From contig NJBI01000028.1 in assembly GCA_005222975.1 (NCBI GenBank), positions 1 through 44,153 of the forward strand: a stretch of DNA of 44,153 bases, read 5' to 3'. The position numbers were made by a program, and so were the translations under genes. Positions 28,560 through 40,020 of this stretch are shown here, in pieces. The notes beneath the pieces are model-generated. The model had not been told where the DNA came from. It was given only the letters and a program-made list of their open reading frames with translations, and searched no databases. Positions within the stretch are counted from its first letter, which is position 1. Each line of letters starts with the position of its first letter. Origin of the DNA: Promethearchaeota archaeon Loki_b31 (GTDB taxonomy: Archaea; Asgardarchaeota; Lokiarchaeia; Sigyniarchaeales; SOKP01).

Positions 28560-30455
28560 ATGGCAAAAATAATTGGTATAGATTTAGGAACTTCCAATTC
28601 AGCTGCTGCCGTATTAGTTGGTGGCAAGCCTACAATTATTCCTAGTGCAGAAGGCAATACATTAGGGGGAAAAGCATTTCCCTCGGTGGTTGCATTTACG
28701 AAGGACGGACAAAGACTAGTAGGAGAACCAGCGAGAAGACAGGCAATTTCAAATCCAGATCGCACGATTACCGCGATAAAACGAAAAATGGGAACTTCTT
28801 TCAAGGTGACCATCGACAGTAAAGATTATAAGCCACAGGAAATTTCTGCAATGATCTTGAGAAAAATCAAGGAAGACGCGAGCGCTTACTTAGGAGAGGA
28901 AGTAACAGAAGTGATCATTACAGTACCAGCATATTTTAACGATAATCAAAGGCAAGCTACGAAAGATGCAGGAAAGATCGCGGGGTTGAATGTAAAACGT
29001 TTAATTAACGAACCTACTGCAGCAGCCTTAGCATATGGACTAGACAAGAAGGATGTCAGTTTAAAAATCGCTGTATTAGATCTTGGTGGTGGTACATTTG
29101 ATGTTACGGTAATGGAAATGGATAACCAAGTCTTTGAGGTAATCTCAACAGCGGGAGATACTCAATTAGGCGGTACGGATATGGATAGAATTCTTGTGAA
29201 TTACATTATCGAAGAATTTAGGAAGAATGAGGGAGTCGATTTAAAGAATGATTCCATGGCAATGCAGAGAGTAAAAGAAGCTGTTGAAAAAGCTAAAATT
29301 GAATTATCAACTTCAATTTCAACAGATATTAATTTACCATACATTACAGCAACTGATTCCGGTCCAAAACACCTTACTATGAGTATTACAAGAGCTAAAT
29401 TAGAACAGTTGATAGAACCTATTTTAAAGAGATTAGAAACTCCTATAATTAAAGCCTTAAAAGACGCAGGGTTAAACAAAGGGAAAGTTGACAAAGTTAT
29501 ATTAGTTGGCGGACCAACAAGAATGCCTAGCGTTCAGAAGATATTCGAAGACTTTTTAGGGAAAAAACCAGAAAGGAGTATAGATCCTATGGAATGCGTT
29601 GCGATGGGTGCTGCGATTCAAGGTGGCGTTTTAACGGGAGAAGTAGAAGATCTGTTGTTATTAGATGTCACTCCATTATCATTAGGAATTGAGACCTTGG
29701 GAGGCGTCTTTACAAAGCTAATAGAGCGAAATTCAACGATTCCAACTAAAAAGAAACAAATATTTAGCACTGCTGCCGATAATCAACCAGCGGTGGAAAT
29801 TCATGTATTACAAGGAGAACGACCAAAAGCTGTTGATAACATAACTTTAGGAAAGTTTCATTTAACAGGAATTCCACCAGCTCCTAGAGGATTACCTCAA
29901 ATTGAAGTATCTTTTGATATCGACCAAAACGGCATTATAAGTGTTTCTGCAAAAGACAAAGGAACCGGTAAGAGTCAATCAATAACGATCACTGCATCGA
30001 ATAAAATGGATGAAGGCGAAATCGCACAAAAAGTAAGAGAAGCTGAAAGATATGCTGAAGAGGATAAAAAATTCAAAGAATTAATTGAAGCAAAGAATCA
30101 TGCTGAGGCATTAATCTATCAAACTGAGAAATTGTTAAAAGAAAACGAAGCGATAATAGGAGATTTGAAATCGAATATTCTTGAAAAAATATCTGATCTA
30201 AAGAGAGCGATGGAATCTGAAGATGTTGTTAGCATAAAAAACTCAACAGAAACCTTACAAAATTCTTTACACGAAGTTTCATCTCGAATGTATGGACAGC
30301 AGCAAGATTCATCTCAGGGCGCTTATCAAGGGGCTCCACCTGGAGGTATGGGTGGCACTCCATATGAAGGTAAAACCCAAGATGAAATAGAACAAGAACA
30401 ATTCCGTAAAGCGACTGGACAAGACGAAGGTGTAGTTGATGCTGAATATGAGTAA
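28560..30455 (+). CDS. dnaK: Chaperone DnaK (Hsp70)
   Basis: [45 protein letters not shown]. Confidence 0.99.
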   Translation: MAKIIGIDLGTSNSAAAVLVGGKPTIIPSAEGNTLGGKAFPSVVAFTKDGQRLVGEPARRQAISNPDRTITAIKRKMGTSFKVTIDSKDYKPQEISAMILRKIKEDASAYLGEEVTEVIITVPAYFNDNQRQATKDAGKIAGLNVKRLINEPTAAALAYGLDKKDVSLKIAVLDLGGGTFDVTVMEMDNQVFEVISTAGDTQLGGTDMDRILVNYIIEEFRKNEGVDLKNDSMAMQRVKEAVEKAKIELSTSISTDINLPYITATDSGPKHLTMSITRAKLEQLIEPILKRLETPIIKALKDAGLNKGKVDKVILVGGPTRMPSVQKIFEDFLGKKPERSIDPMECVAMGAAIQGGVLTGEVEDLLLLDVTPLSLGIETLGGVFTKLIERNSTIPTKKKQIFSTAADNQPAVEIHVLQGERPKAVDNITLGKFHLTGIPPAPRGLPQIEVSFDIDQNGIISVSAKDKGTGKSQSITITASNKMDEGEIAQKVREAERYAEEDKKFKELIEAKNHAEALIYQTEKLLKENEAIIGDLKSNILEKISDLKRAMESEDVVSIKNSTETLQNSLHEVSSRMYGQQQDSSQGAYQGAPPGGMGGTPYEGKTQDEIEQEQFRKATGQDEGVVDAEYE

Positions 30456-30509
30456 GTTTAAATAAAGTTTTTTTTATTTATTTTTTTTTATTATTAAATT
30501 AAGAAGAGA

Positions 30510-31532
30510 TTGAAAAATTTGACAAAAGATTATTATAAAACATTAGGATTACAAAAAAACGCTTCAAAAGAAGAAATTAAAAGAGCGTTTCGAAAATTAG
30601 CTCGAAAGTATCATCCAGATGTGAATCCCGATGAGGCAAAATCAGGAGAAAAATTCAAAGAGATTAATGAAGCTTATGGCTTATTAAGCGACGATAAAAA
30701 ACGAGAAATGTACGATAAGTTTGGAGTTGTAGAAGGAGATTCGTCTACATATCAACAATGGGGGGGATCACCTGGAGGTAGAACGGTGCATCGAAGCCCA
30801 GATGGAACTACATATTATTATTCAACCTCTGGTTCACCAGGAAATTTTGATTTTAGCGAGATATTCGGCAATGCTGGACGTTCTCGAAAAAGACAAACAT
30901 CAGGAGGTTATGATTTTTTTAACGATTTAGGAGATATTTTTGATGTTTTCTCTAATATGGGAGGGAGCACGAGGGCAAGATCTACTAGTTCAAGAAATAT
31001 CCCTAGAGAAGGCGATGACTTAAGATATGACATGGAAATTAAATTTATGGACGCATTTCTTGGAGGAAAGAGAAAGGTTCAATACAGAGACCCTCTTACG
31101 GGAGCAAATAAAACGTTAACAATTACAATTCCTCGAGGAGTTAGGGACGAACAAAAATTGCGCCTTAAAGGAAAAGGGATGCCCGGTGAAAATGGAGGTT
31201 CTCCAGGTGATTTGTATATAGCGATCCATGTAAAGAATCACAAAATATTTGAAAGAGATGGTGATGATATTTATGTAGATCAAGAAATTCCATTTACCAC
31301 AGCAGCATTAGGTGGCAAAACTCAAGTTCCCGGAATAGAAAAAACCATAAACGTATCAGTTCCCGAAGGAACTAAAGATTCAACGATATTAAGATTAAAA
31401 AATAAAGGCTTTTATAAAATGAACTCTGAAGAGAGAGGGAATCAATTAGTAAGAGTAAAAATTAAAATTCCTAAGAGAACCAGTAAGAAACAAAAAGAAT
31501 TGTTAGAACAATTAAAAGCAACAGGATTATAA
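30510..31532 (+). CDS. dnaJ: DnaJ class B chaperone (no Zn finger; CbpA-like)
   Basis: J domain with HPD, G/F-rich linker, C-terminal domain, no CxxCxGxG repeats. Confidence 0.92.
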   Translation: MKNLTKDYYKTLGLQKNASKEEIKRAFRKLARKYHPDVNPDEAKSGEKFKEINEAYGLLSDDKKREMYDKFGVVEGDSSTYQQWGGSPGGRTVHRSPDGTTYYYSTSGSPGNFDFSEIFGNAGRSRKRQTSGGYDFFNDLGDIFDVFSNMGGSTRARSTSSRNIPREGDDLRYDMEIKFMDAFLGGKRKVQYRDPLTGANKTLTITIPRGVRDEQKLRLKGKGMPGENGGSPGDLYIAIHVKNHKIFERDGDDIYVDQEIPFTTAALGGKTQVPGIEKTINVSVPEGTKDSTILRLKNKGFYKMNSEERGNQLVRVKIKIPKRTSKKQKELLEQLKATGL

Positions 31533-31544
31533 AAAGGTGATTAA

Positions 31545-32432
31545 ATGAATGTTGTATCAGATTTAAATATTATATCGGATTTATGCCCTGAATGTGGAGG
31601 TAGTATAATTTCAATTACACAAATAGGAGAAAACGTTTGTTCTCAGTGTGGACTAGTAGTTTCCGAAAGAAGCGTTGATTTATCTCATAGCGATAAAAGA
31701 GCTTATACCTCCCAAGAAAAGCAATTAAGGGAGCATACAGGTGCCCCTATATCTAATCTACTTCCAGACATCGGCTTGACGACTGTAATTAACAAAAAGA
31801 ACATCAAAGATCCAGACTTAAAAAGAGCTGTAAAATGGAATACGCGAATGACATGGGAAAAAAGGAATATACTTATCGCAACAACGGAATTAAAAAGAAT
31901 TTGCAGTAATTTAAACATTCCTAATCACGTGAAGGTTGAAGCGATCCGTTTGTATAAAGAAGCGTTTAAAAAGAAATTACTTCGGGGAAGATCTATTAAT
32001 TCAATGATAGCTGCAAGCATATATCTTGCGATTAGATTAAAAAGAATACCACGAACATTCCAAGAGATCTTAGAGGAATCGTCTGAAATTTCGAAAGATA
32101 TTAGAAGATGTTATCGAGTCTTAATCAGGGAATTAAATTTAAAGGCCCCAAATACTGAACCAAGCGCTTTAATTCCGAAATATATGGCTAAATTAAATTT
32201 GAATCAAGAAATTGAAAGAATTACATCTAAAATTGTAAATACTTTTGCCCTAAACTTTCCAACTAGTGGCAAAGACCCAAAAGGAATAGTAGCTGGGGCA
32301 ATATACTTAGCAAGTAAGATAAAGGGCTTAGAATTAACACAGAAAGAAATTGCCGATAAGGTAGGAGTAACTGAAGTCACACTTCGCTCCAGATATAAAG
32401 AACTTTCAAAAAAATTAAATATTAATAAATGA
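31545..32432 (+). CDS. tfb: Transcription initiation factor IIB (TFB)
   Basis: Zn ribbon CPECGG..CSQCG, LLRGRSI, GKDPKGIVAGAIY, TQKEIADKVGVTEVTLRSRYKEL; GGTGA at 31536-31540. Confidence 0.96.
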   Translation: MNVVSDLNIISDLCPECGGSIISITQIGENVCSQCGLVVSERSVDLSHSDKRAYTSQEKQLREHTGAPISNLLPDIGLTTVINKKNIKDPDLKRAVKWNTRMTWEKRNILIATTELKRICSNLNIPNHVKVEAIRLYKEAFKKKLLRGRSINSMIAASIYLAIRLKRIPRTFQEILEESSEISKDIRRCYRVLIRELNLKAPNTEPSALIPKYMAKLNLNQEIERITSKIVNTFALNFPTSGKDPKGIVAGAIYLASKIKGLELTQKEIADKVGVTEVTLRSRYKELSKKLNINK

Positions 32433-32498
32433 TTTTTTTTTAATCGGTTTAATATTATAAAAAGAAAATAAAAGAATTGAATTGATTTTATTTTTTTA

Positions 32499-32927
32499 CT
32501 ACTTTTCTCCTGAAGACCAATTATATTCCTTCGGACCCGCAAATAATAGCATAAAAGCAGGAATTAGAACTGCAAATCCACCCCAACTCCACCATCCAAA
32601 AATGAGTAAAAGAATCCCCCAAATAACCATCCATGGAATATTAAAACCACCTAAATTTAATACCCAACCATACAATGCATCCCAATCTTTTTCTTCGCAT
32701 GGTTTCGAGAATTTAGGTTTTATAACTAGAAACGATATGACAATTCCAATTATAATTGAGATTATATTCCATATTTGAGTTCCCCAATAAGATGGAATCC
32801 ACCAAAGAATGAATGAGGAAACAACAATATATAATATTCCTATAACACCATTAAGAATTCCAATGATCCAAGCCCATTTTCCTAAAGTAGATACCCATGA
32901 GGCGTGTTGCCATTCACTTTCTCCCAT
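32499..32927 (-). CDS. Hypothetical Trp/Gly-rich membrane protein
   Basis: 142 aa with 3-4 hydrophobic segments; GAGG upstream. Confidence 0.75.
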   Translation of the reverse strand: MGESEWQHASWVSTLGKWAWIIGILNGVIGILYIVVSSFILWWIPSYWGTQIWNIISIIIGIVISFLVIKPKFSKPCEEKDWDALYGWVLNLGGFNIPWMVIWGILLLIFGWWSWGGFAVLIPAFMLLFAGPKEYNWSSGEK

Positions 32928-33112
32928 ATTTTTTCTACCTCAATCCTTAAAATCATTACTTTTTGTAAATAATTTTAAAATTACTATATTATTCATATTC
33001 ATTAAATTTAAAATTGATCATAATTAATTAATAAGTTTGGATGTAAGAATTACATAATTTAATGAAAGTAAGAAAAACGAAAAATGAATATTAAATGTTT
33101 TTTTAACTTGAA

Positions 33113-34582
33113 TTATTGATTGGTATCTGGTTCAAGTATTTCGCCAACATAGTAAAGTCCGACAAGGTTTCCCCGTCTTTGGAATTTTCTCGAGACTAAC
33201 AAAATAATAACGTGCTCATTTTCGTCGATGTGACCCGTCTTAACGCCATATCTTACTGACTGTTCGATTAAACCCTCTACATCTAAATTAAAAAAGTCAA
33301 TTTTTTCTATATGGATGGGTTGTACGCCCCAAATTAGGTTTAATTCCCTTGCGGTTTTTTTAAATGGAGTCATTGCGATAATAGGTAAGGGTGGGCGAAA
33401 TTTCGAAATCATTTTAGCACCGTAACCTTTTCTCGAAATAACTACAATTTTACCCCTAAAGTTTAATTCTTCCATTTCGTGCGCAAGAGCATGTATTGCG
33501 TGTCCAAGAGTTTGTGTATGTGTTAATCGATCAGAATCGTAATCGTCTGGAGATCTCAATGGCGCGTGTAAACTTGCAGTTGCTGCAATTTTGTTCATAA
33601 ATTCAACAGAATTCACGGGGTATTTTCCGACTGCTGTTTCAGCAGAAAGCATTACGGCGTCAGTTCCATCAATAACTGCGTTATATATATCGTTTGCTTC
33701 TGCTCTAGTTGGAACTGGCGTGTTAATCATTGATTCCAGCATTTGGGTTGCTACAATAACGGGTTTTCCTTCTCGATTGCATTTATAAATTAATTCTTTT
33801 TGCACAATTGGTACTTGATCTGGAGAAATCTCGACACCCAAATCACCTCTCGCAATCATGATACCATCGGACACTTCTAAAATTTGATCGAAATTATCTA
33901 ATGCTATAGGTCGTTCGATCTTTGAAATTAATTTTATTTCGTTATTTCCGTAATTTTCAAGGAGTTTTTTAACTGTAAGGACATCATCTCCTCCAGATAC
34001 AAATGAAATTGCTACGAATTCGGGGTTTAGATCAGCAATATATTCAAGGTCTTTAATATCTTTCTCTGTGGGAACTGATTGTTTTAATTCTCCGCTGGGG
34101 ATATTTACGCCTTTATTGTTGCTTATTAGTCCACCGGCAATGACTTCTCCTATCAAATTATTCTTTTCTTTACTTTTAACTTGAATTTTAATAATTCCGT
34201 CGTTAACATAGAACACATCTCCTTTTTTCATTGATTTCAAAAATCCTACTAAGGGGATGGAAAATTGAGTTTGGTCTCCGCCTCCAGGGATTTCACTTTC
34301 GTAGACATCTACTTGTTGTCCAACATTTAATATATATGCCTCGTCATTCTTGAATTTACCAACCCTTATTTTAGGTCCTTGAATATCTGCCATAATTCCA
34401 ACATAGTCATCTACGCTCCTAATTCTATCAACTATTTCACCCTTTTCGTCGTGTGTTCCATGAGAAAAATTCAATCTAAAAATATCAACGCCGGCATCAA
34501 TTAGACGCTTGATCATCTGTTTTGAACTCGAAGCGGGACCAAGAGTACTTACAATTTTAACAGTATTTTCTCTAAATGACAT
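33113..34582 (-). CDS. pyk: Pyruvate kinase
   Basis: KIVSTLGPAS, RLNFSHG, DIQGPKIR, ISKIE, IARGDLGVE, ATQMLESM, DAVMLSAETA. Confidence 0.98.
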   Translation of the reverse strand: MSFRENTVKIVSTLGPASSSKQMIKRLIDAGVDIFRLNFSHGTHDEKGEIVDRIRSVDDYVGIMADIQGPKIRVGKFKNDEAYILNVGQQVDVYESEIPGGGDQTQFSIPLVGFLKSMKKGDVFYVNDGIIKIQVKSKEKNNLIGEVIAGGLISNNKGVNIPSGELKQSVPTEKDIKDLEYIADLNPEFVAISFVSGGDDVLTVKKLLENYGNNEIKLISKIERPIALDNFDQILEVSDGIMIARGDLGVEISPDQVPIVQKELIYKCNREGKPVIVATQMLESMINTPVPTRAEANDIYNAVIDGTDAVMLSAETAVGKYPVNSVEFMNKIAATASLHAPLRSPDDYDSDRLTHTQTLGHAIHALAHEMEELNFRGKIVVISRKGYGAKMISKFRPPLPIIAMTPFKKTARELNLIWGVQPIHIEKIDFFNLDVEGLIEQSVRYGVKTGHIDENEHVIILLVSRKFQRRGNLVGLYYVGEILEPDTNQ

Positions 34583-34659
34583 TTTACATCAATATAAGAT
34601 TTTTGATTTAAAACCTATAATAGAATAATTAATATTAATATTGTATCCTTTGTTAAAAA

Positions 34660-35145
34660 TTATACATTTTTAATTAAATTTTTAAGGTTATCTAACTCTT
34701 TTCGATACTTGTTTCTGAATTCTTTTAATAAATTGATTGACTCTGAGAAGTTATCTGTTGTATTTAATTCTTTTAAAGAGAACAAACTAACTCTAAAGTG
34801 TTGAGGATATATTGAGAATTGGATCAATTTTAAATTATGTTCTTTACTGAATCCTTTTGCTAAGCTAACTAATAGATCGGAACTTTGAGAAGCTAACAAT
34901 ATTGCCAAAAAATGCCTATATCTTGGCTTTTTAGAGTAATTTTTTGCAATGATAAGATAAAAATTTTTATAATTTTCCTTTAACTTGTAAATCTTCTTGA
35001 TTTTTAAAGATTTAGGGACTCCTTTAATGCTTTCGGAAATCGGGGGATATTTATTTTTTAACCGCTTTGCACCAGTTAATAACTCCCTTTTAAGATAAGA
35101 ATTAAAATTCTTTTCATCATTTGAAATAACGTTCTTAGAATTCAT
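34660..35145 (-). CDS. Hypothetical basic protein
   Basis: 161-aa ORF co-oriented between aor and pyk; no motif recognised. Confidence 0.65.
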   Translation of the reverse strand: MNSKNVISNDEKNFNSYLKRELLTGAKRLKNKYPPISESIKGVPKSLKIKKIYKLKENYKNFYLIIAKNYSKKPRYRHFLAILLASQSSDLLVSLAKGFSKEHNLKLIQFSIYPQHFRVSLFSLKELNTTDNFSESINLLKEFRNKYRKELDNLKNLIKNV

Positions 35146-35198
35146 TGGAATAAATTAGTTATAGTTAATTAGTTTTCTAGGTAATTAAAGTTGTAAAT

Positions 35199-37162
35199 TT
35201 AATATAAATCTTTAATTACGAATTCAAGGTCTAAATCTTTTAAAGTCTCTTTTAATGGATAGCCATTTTCAGGATTCCATCCCATTCTGTTGCAAAATTC
35301 TTTATAAAATTCCTTATACTCTACTGTCTTACTTTTTAGCGGCCCTTTTTCAGCAGGTGGTAGTCCGATTATTCTATCAGGCAATTCGTTTTGCGCTATG
35401 TTAATACCTTCTCGTATTGTGAACGCTTGACGTAAGGTTTGGATTCTTATTCCGGTTTTGATATAATCTTCAATATTAGTATTCCAACCCGTTAAAGAAT
35501 TCAAAAGATCAATAAAAGGATAAGGACCAAAGGAAGGCGAGAACATGCACATACCGGCACAGTTTAAGATTTGATGAAATCCCGTATTGATTACCTGTGC
35601 CTTTACCTTCTTTTTTTCGTTTTTTTTCCACTTTTTGGGGAAATTTAAGCTTTTCTCAAATTTATCAAATGGGCCAATTTCAGAATAATCGATACTAGCC
35701 GCTGTATGCCTTCCGGGGGTCGGATCAAACGCGTATGTAAAAGCTAAGGATTCAAAATAGCGAGGATCGTGCATCGGAATTTCAGAGCCTAATGAAGTTA
35801 TGGCGTATTGTTTACTATTTTTCCCTATTTTTTCAGAAGCTATTTTTGCTCCATCAGCTAATATATCACCGATACCTTCTCTTAATATTATTTTGCGGAC
35901 CAATTCTACTATAGATTTACTATTACCCCACATTAAATCTAAACCGCCTGTATCGTCTAAATTTAAAAGATTATTTTCAAAACATTCAATTGCAAAAGCA
36001 ACTGTTGCACCAGTGGAAATAGTATCGATTGCCGCACGATTACAGAGGTCATTAATTTTAAATATAGAAAGCAAGTCGTTGTTGAGTAAAAGAGAACCAA
36101 ATGCGCAGCAAGTCTCGTATTCGGACTGTGCATTTCTTTAATGTCCAATTCAGGGACTTTTAAAATAGCTCCGCATTGAACAGGACAGCTAAAACATCCG
36201 TATTCTTTTACTTTATATTTGTTTATATTAATGGAGGACAATAACTTTGATTTTTCGTAAGGAAAATCATACATTCCTATTCCAGACCAATTTTTAATAG
36301 GAGAATCTCCAGTTTCCGCACAAATTGTGTTTCCACTAGTAGTACCAAAATAACGAAAAATTGTTCGCATGAGATTTGGTGGAGAAACCATTCCGACCTT
36401 GAATCTTCGTATAATTTTTACCATTCCAAACATCTTCCCTAAAAGAGCCATTTTCACAGAAGTTATTGGTTTAATCTTCATTACTTTATAATAATCCTTT
36501 ATTAAACTCAAAAAATTCTCGCGGTTACAGATTACAACTTTCTTATTTCCCTTAAGAACTATCATTTTTAGTTTTTTTGAACCCATAACGGCTCCTAAAC
36601 CAGAACGTGCAGCGATTCTTCCTCTATCATTCGCAATTCCTGATATTTTAGATAATTTTTCCCCTGCAAGGCCTATTCCTGCTGTTTTTATTAATTTTCC
36701 ATGTTTTTTTTTTAATATCTTTTCTGTTTCTATAACATCTTTCCCCCAAATATCAGAAGCATCTAAGATTTCAGCTTTGCCATCAATTATTGAAATATAT
36801 TTTGGGCTTTTAGCAGCACCTTTAACCAATATTCCATCATAACCACATTTTCTTATAGCAGGTCCAAAAGTACCTCCACTATTTGCATCACCCCACGTTC
36901 CCGTTAGCGGGGATTTCCCTACAACCATAAATCTGCCTGAGAAGGGAGCTGCAGTACCTGTTAGTAGACCAGGAAAAAATCCTATAATTGACTCGGGGCT
37001 TAAGGGTTTTACTTTTGAGTCCATTCTTTCATATAATAATCTACACCCTAACCCATATCCTCCCATGAATTGACGGTACATGTTTTCAGGAAGCTCCTCC
37101 TCCTCAAAACTATTGTTTGTTAGATCAAACCATAAAACTTTCTCAAAAAAACCATAATTCAT
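35199..37162 (-). pseudogene. aor: Aldehyde:ferredoxin oxidoreductase (W/Mo-pterin) split by a 1-nt frameshift near 36123
   Basis: KSPLTG, AARSGLGAVMGSKKLK, CFSCPVQC in the first ORF; adding one base at AGT CC GAA restores HSPEYETCCAFGSLLLNNDL, continuous with DTIS...HDPR of the second ORF. Confidence 0.9.
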
Positions 37163-37444
37163 AAATTAAACCAGATTTGCCTTGAATTAATCTATCGGAT
37201 AATTAAATAGAAGAAAATTCATATTAATATTTTAATTAATTGTTCTTTAAAGTAAAACTTCGAAACATATAAATATGTCATTTTTTTATTAATATATTAG
37301 TTGCTAAGATTGTCCAATATTGCGAGTTACATATTTCACCTTTAAATAGTTCAACAGATTAAGGGTATATCGTACAAGATTTAAGCGATAGAGCTTTTGT
37401 TGCGAAAGGTTATTCAATTTATAATAAGTTAATTGAGGTATTTT

Positions 37445-37654
37445 ATGTCGGTTATCCAATCTCTTAAAAAAGATAATATAAATATGTATATCGATTGGGA
37501 TCGGTACAAGAACATGTTTTACAACAATATTTACTTGGAAGATTATAAGTTCGTAATTAAAATGCCACTTTTACCTCAAAAGAACAGCCAAATGGATATT
37601 AAAATCAAAAAATTTAACTTAACAAAATATACATATTTAATTTCTTACGATTAG
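37445..37654 (+). CDS. Possible small hypothetical protein (69 aa)
   Basis: GAGGT just upstream of ATG 37445; no motif. Confidence 0.35.
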   Translation: MSVIQSLKKDNINMYIDWDRYKNMFYNNIYLEDYKFVIKMPLLPQKNSQMDIKIKKFNLTKYTYLISYD

Positions 37655-37687
37655 TTTTAAACTTGTGCTCAATTATTGATGAGCTTT

Positions 37688-37831
37688 TTAATTAGAGTCA
37701 GTTTTATTTGATTTATTTTTCTCTTTTAAATATCGATTCCAACATGAAAAGCAAATATAGTTAGCGTTTTCTAACTTAACAAGATCTTTATTCGAACGGA
37801 GCATTCCACATTTTGAACACTTTTTCTTCAT
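37688..37831 (-). CDS. 47-aa zinc-finger microprotein (not in ORF track)
   Basis: MKKKCSKCGMLRSNKDLVKLENANYICFSCWNRYLKEKNKSNKTDSN*; CxxCG and CxxC. Confidence 0.7.
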   Translation of the reverse strand: MKKKCSKCGMLRSNKDLVKLENANYICFSCWNRYLKEKNKSNKTDSN

Positions 37832-37899
37832 ATTTTCTTTTCTACACCAAGTTGTATTAATTTAATTTCCTTTTAATTAGTTTTAGTTTAGGCACTTCA

Positions 37900-39366
37900 C
37901 TATAAATTTATGGATTCATTTTTTGTAGGAATTATTATGTTAATGTCTGAATTTCTAAAAAATATTTCAAAAAAATGTGGTTGTTCAGTGTGAATAGGGA
38001 TTAAATGTTCAGGATTTACCGTTTTTATAAAGTTTATTAAATGGTGTGGCATCGCATGTCCTGAAGCATGTATTCTATAAGAAGGAATTCCAATTTTGCG
38101 GAAAAATCGACTTAAAGTCCTATTATTATCAATAAATTCTTCAGTATAAGGGTCAATACTAGAAGAAATAAATGCGCCCTTGAAATGTGGATTAAGTTTT
38201 TCTATAATATCTTTTCGCAATGAAGTAATGTAAAAGAAAAAACCACTATCTAACTCTTTTAAATCGTTATATTTTATTAAACGATGTCCCTTCTCTTCTT
38301 TGTATATCGCTTGTCTTATTTTTTCTTGCCAACGATACTTCACAGCTCCTATAGTTAAAATTAAAATGTGATCATCCGCGGTTATATTCGGATTTTTCAT
38401 ACTTTCGTAAATGTCATCTTTATTCAAAAGGAAATAAAAATAAGCGTCTTTTTCAGTTATGATAAATTTCCATCCAAATTTTTTTGCAATTGAAGAAAAT
38501 GTTCTAAAACGGTCCCAATCTAAACGATCAAATTTTACTAATAGAAAATCAAAAGGGTTTTTGGTAAATAACTGTTCTAAATTTTGTTCTACATTATTTT
38601 CGGACTCAATTGCTCCCTTATGGATGTGTGTACCTTCACAAATTAAGAGTTTAATCTTACCTTCACGGGGTTTTTGAATTTCTCCTTTATTATTTTCTTG
38701 TTTGTGTAGCACTTTAAGAGTGTGTTTTATCTCGTTTAGAAAATCTTGAGTCATAGAAGCTAAAGGGCCGTGCATACGAAAATCTCCAGTGTAAACAACA
38801 ATACCTCCAGAAGATTTAATGATGAAACCATAAGCGGCTGGGATTGAATGATCTACATGCACCGGTATTATTTCTAATCCCTTAATATCAAGAATATCGC
38901 CCGTACGAAACAGGTTCCAGTTTAATCCGCCATAATTATTAGTGATTGAATTTTTTGAACATTTATAATAAGCAGAAATAATTTTTTTAGTAAAAACTCC
39001 CGTATAAATTGGTATGTTTCTATTTACAAATGACAATCCAAAAAAATGATCTTTATGAGGATGACTGACAAAAATTCCATCGATATTCGTTTCCAAATCA
39101 TTATAATCTTGGTTTTTATTAGCCTTATAATCAGTATATAAATTATCGATTGAAAAGTTTTCCGCTTTAGGTAATAATCCTAACATTATTAATTCTTTGA
39201 TTGAATTTGGTGCTTCATATCTTTCGTATTGATCATTAAAATCTTTTATGTTAATTCCAAAATCAAGCAAGACTTTCACATCATATGTAAAATCTTCTAA
39301 AAGAATAATATTGCCTCCTACTTCATTTACACCCCCTAAAAATGTGAACCTTACCTTTGCTTCCAT
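37900..39366 (-). CDS. MBL/beta-CASP ribonuclease (RNase J-like)
   Basis: GGVNEVGGN, LLDFG, SHPHKDH, VDHSIP, YTGDFR, CEGT, HASGHA, IPIHTE. Confidence 0.9.
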   Translation of the reverse strand: MEAKVRFTFLGGVNEVGGNIILLEDFTYDVKVLLDFGINIKDFNDQYERYEAPNSIKELIMLGLLPKAENFSIDNLYTDYKANKNQDYNDLETNIDGIFVSHPHKDHFFGLSFVNRNIPIYTGVFTKKIISAYYKCSKNSITNNYGGLNWNLFRTGDILDIKGLEIIPVHVDHSIPAAYGFIIKSSGGIVVYTGDFRMHGPLASMTQDFLNEIKHTLKVLHKQENNKGEIQKPREGKIKLLICEGTHIHKGAIESENNVEQNLEQLFTKNPFDFLLVKFDRLDWDRFRTFSSIAKKFGWKFIITEKDAYFYFLLNKDDIYESMKNPNITADDHILILTIGAVKYRWQEKIRQAIYKEEKGHRLIKYNDLKELDSGFFFYITSLRKDIIEKLNPHFKGAFISSSIDPYTEEFIDNNRTLSRFFRKIGIPSYRIHASGHAMPHHLINFIKTVNPEHLIPIHTEQPHFFEIFFRNSDINIIIPTKNESINL

Positions 39367-39619
39367 AATATTCGTCTTTTTAGAATTATGTTAATATTTG
39401 ATAATTATCTACTCTTAAGTCAAAATCTAACAATAAAACTACCATTAATTTATATAAAAATATTTGTACAAAAAAATTAAAATTATTACAGTAATTTCAA
39501 AAGGAAAAAATCCAAGATTAAGAACTTCTGCCAAAAAAAAATGTTAAACTAAAATTAGAATGTATTTCATCTTTAAATTAATACTTTATTCAATAAAAAA
39601 AAAAAGAACAAAGATCCTC

Positions 39620-39739
39620 TAATTTGAGCCGAAATATATAGGTTAAGAGATAATTAAACTCGTGTTAGAGTTTAATAGAGGGCTTAATCAGGCGTACGAA
39701 GCGTTTTATCGCCTTGAAATCCAATGTTAGCTCAAATTA
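39620..39739. ncRNA. Candidate 120-nt structured element (three-stem junction)
   Basis: Outer stem TAATTTGAGC/GCTCAAATTA; inner stems GGTTAAG/CTTAATC, ATTAAACTC/GAGTTTAAT and AGGCG/CGCCT. Confidence 0.4.
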
Positions 39740-40020
39740 TCTGGAATCCTTAAAAATAGTTTGTTTTTAAACTATATAAAATCTATTGAAAATGATTTTT
39801 TTCTATGACGATAGAACAAATTAAATCATTTAAATAAGAGCTATTCCGACAAAAATGTTTATTTTAAAGGTTTTCTTCTATTGTGATTCAAAATCTTGAC
39901 TTTTTGGATCATATTCCAAGAATTTGTTAGCAAATTATGATCAAATTAAAACTTTTCTAAAAAAAAATAAATTGTGATTATTGCGGAGTTTGGAATTTAT
40001 TATAAAATAAAAAGAATTGC

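Noticed and set aside
37300-37412. Short hairpins upstream of aor (ACCTTT/AAAGGT, TATCG/CGATA) as a possible Moco/Wco riboswitch
   Set aside because: Stems are only 5-6 bp and I could not recognise the Moco motif consensus.
39620-39739. Identification as 5S rRNA, hammerhead ribozyme or SECIS
   Set aside because: Lacks 5S conserved loops, an intact CUGANGA/GAAA core and the AUGA/GA quartet; no in-frame UGA selenoprotein candidate was seen nearby.
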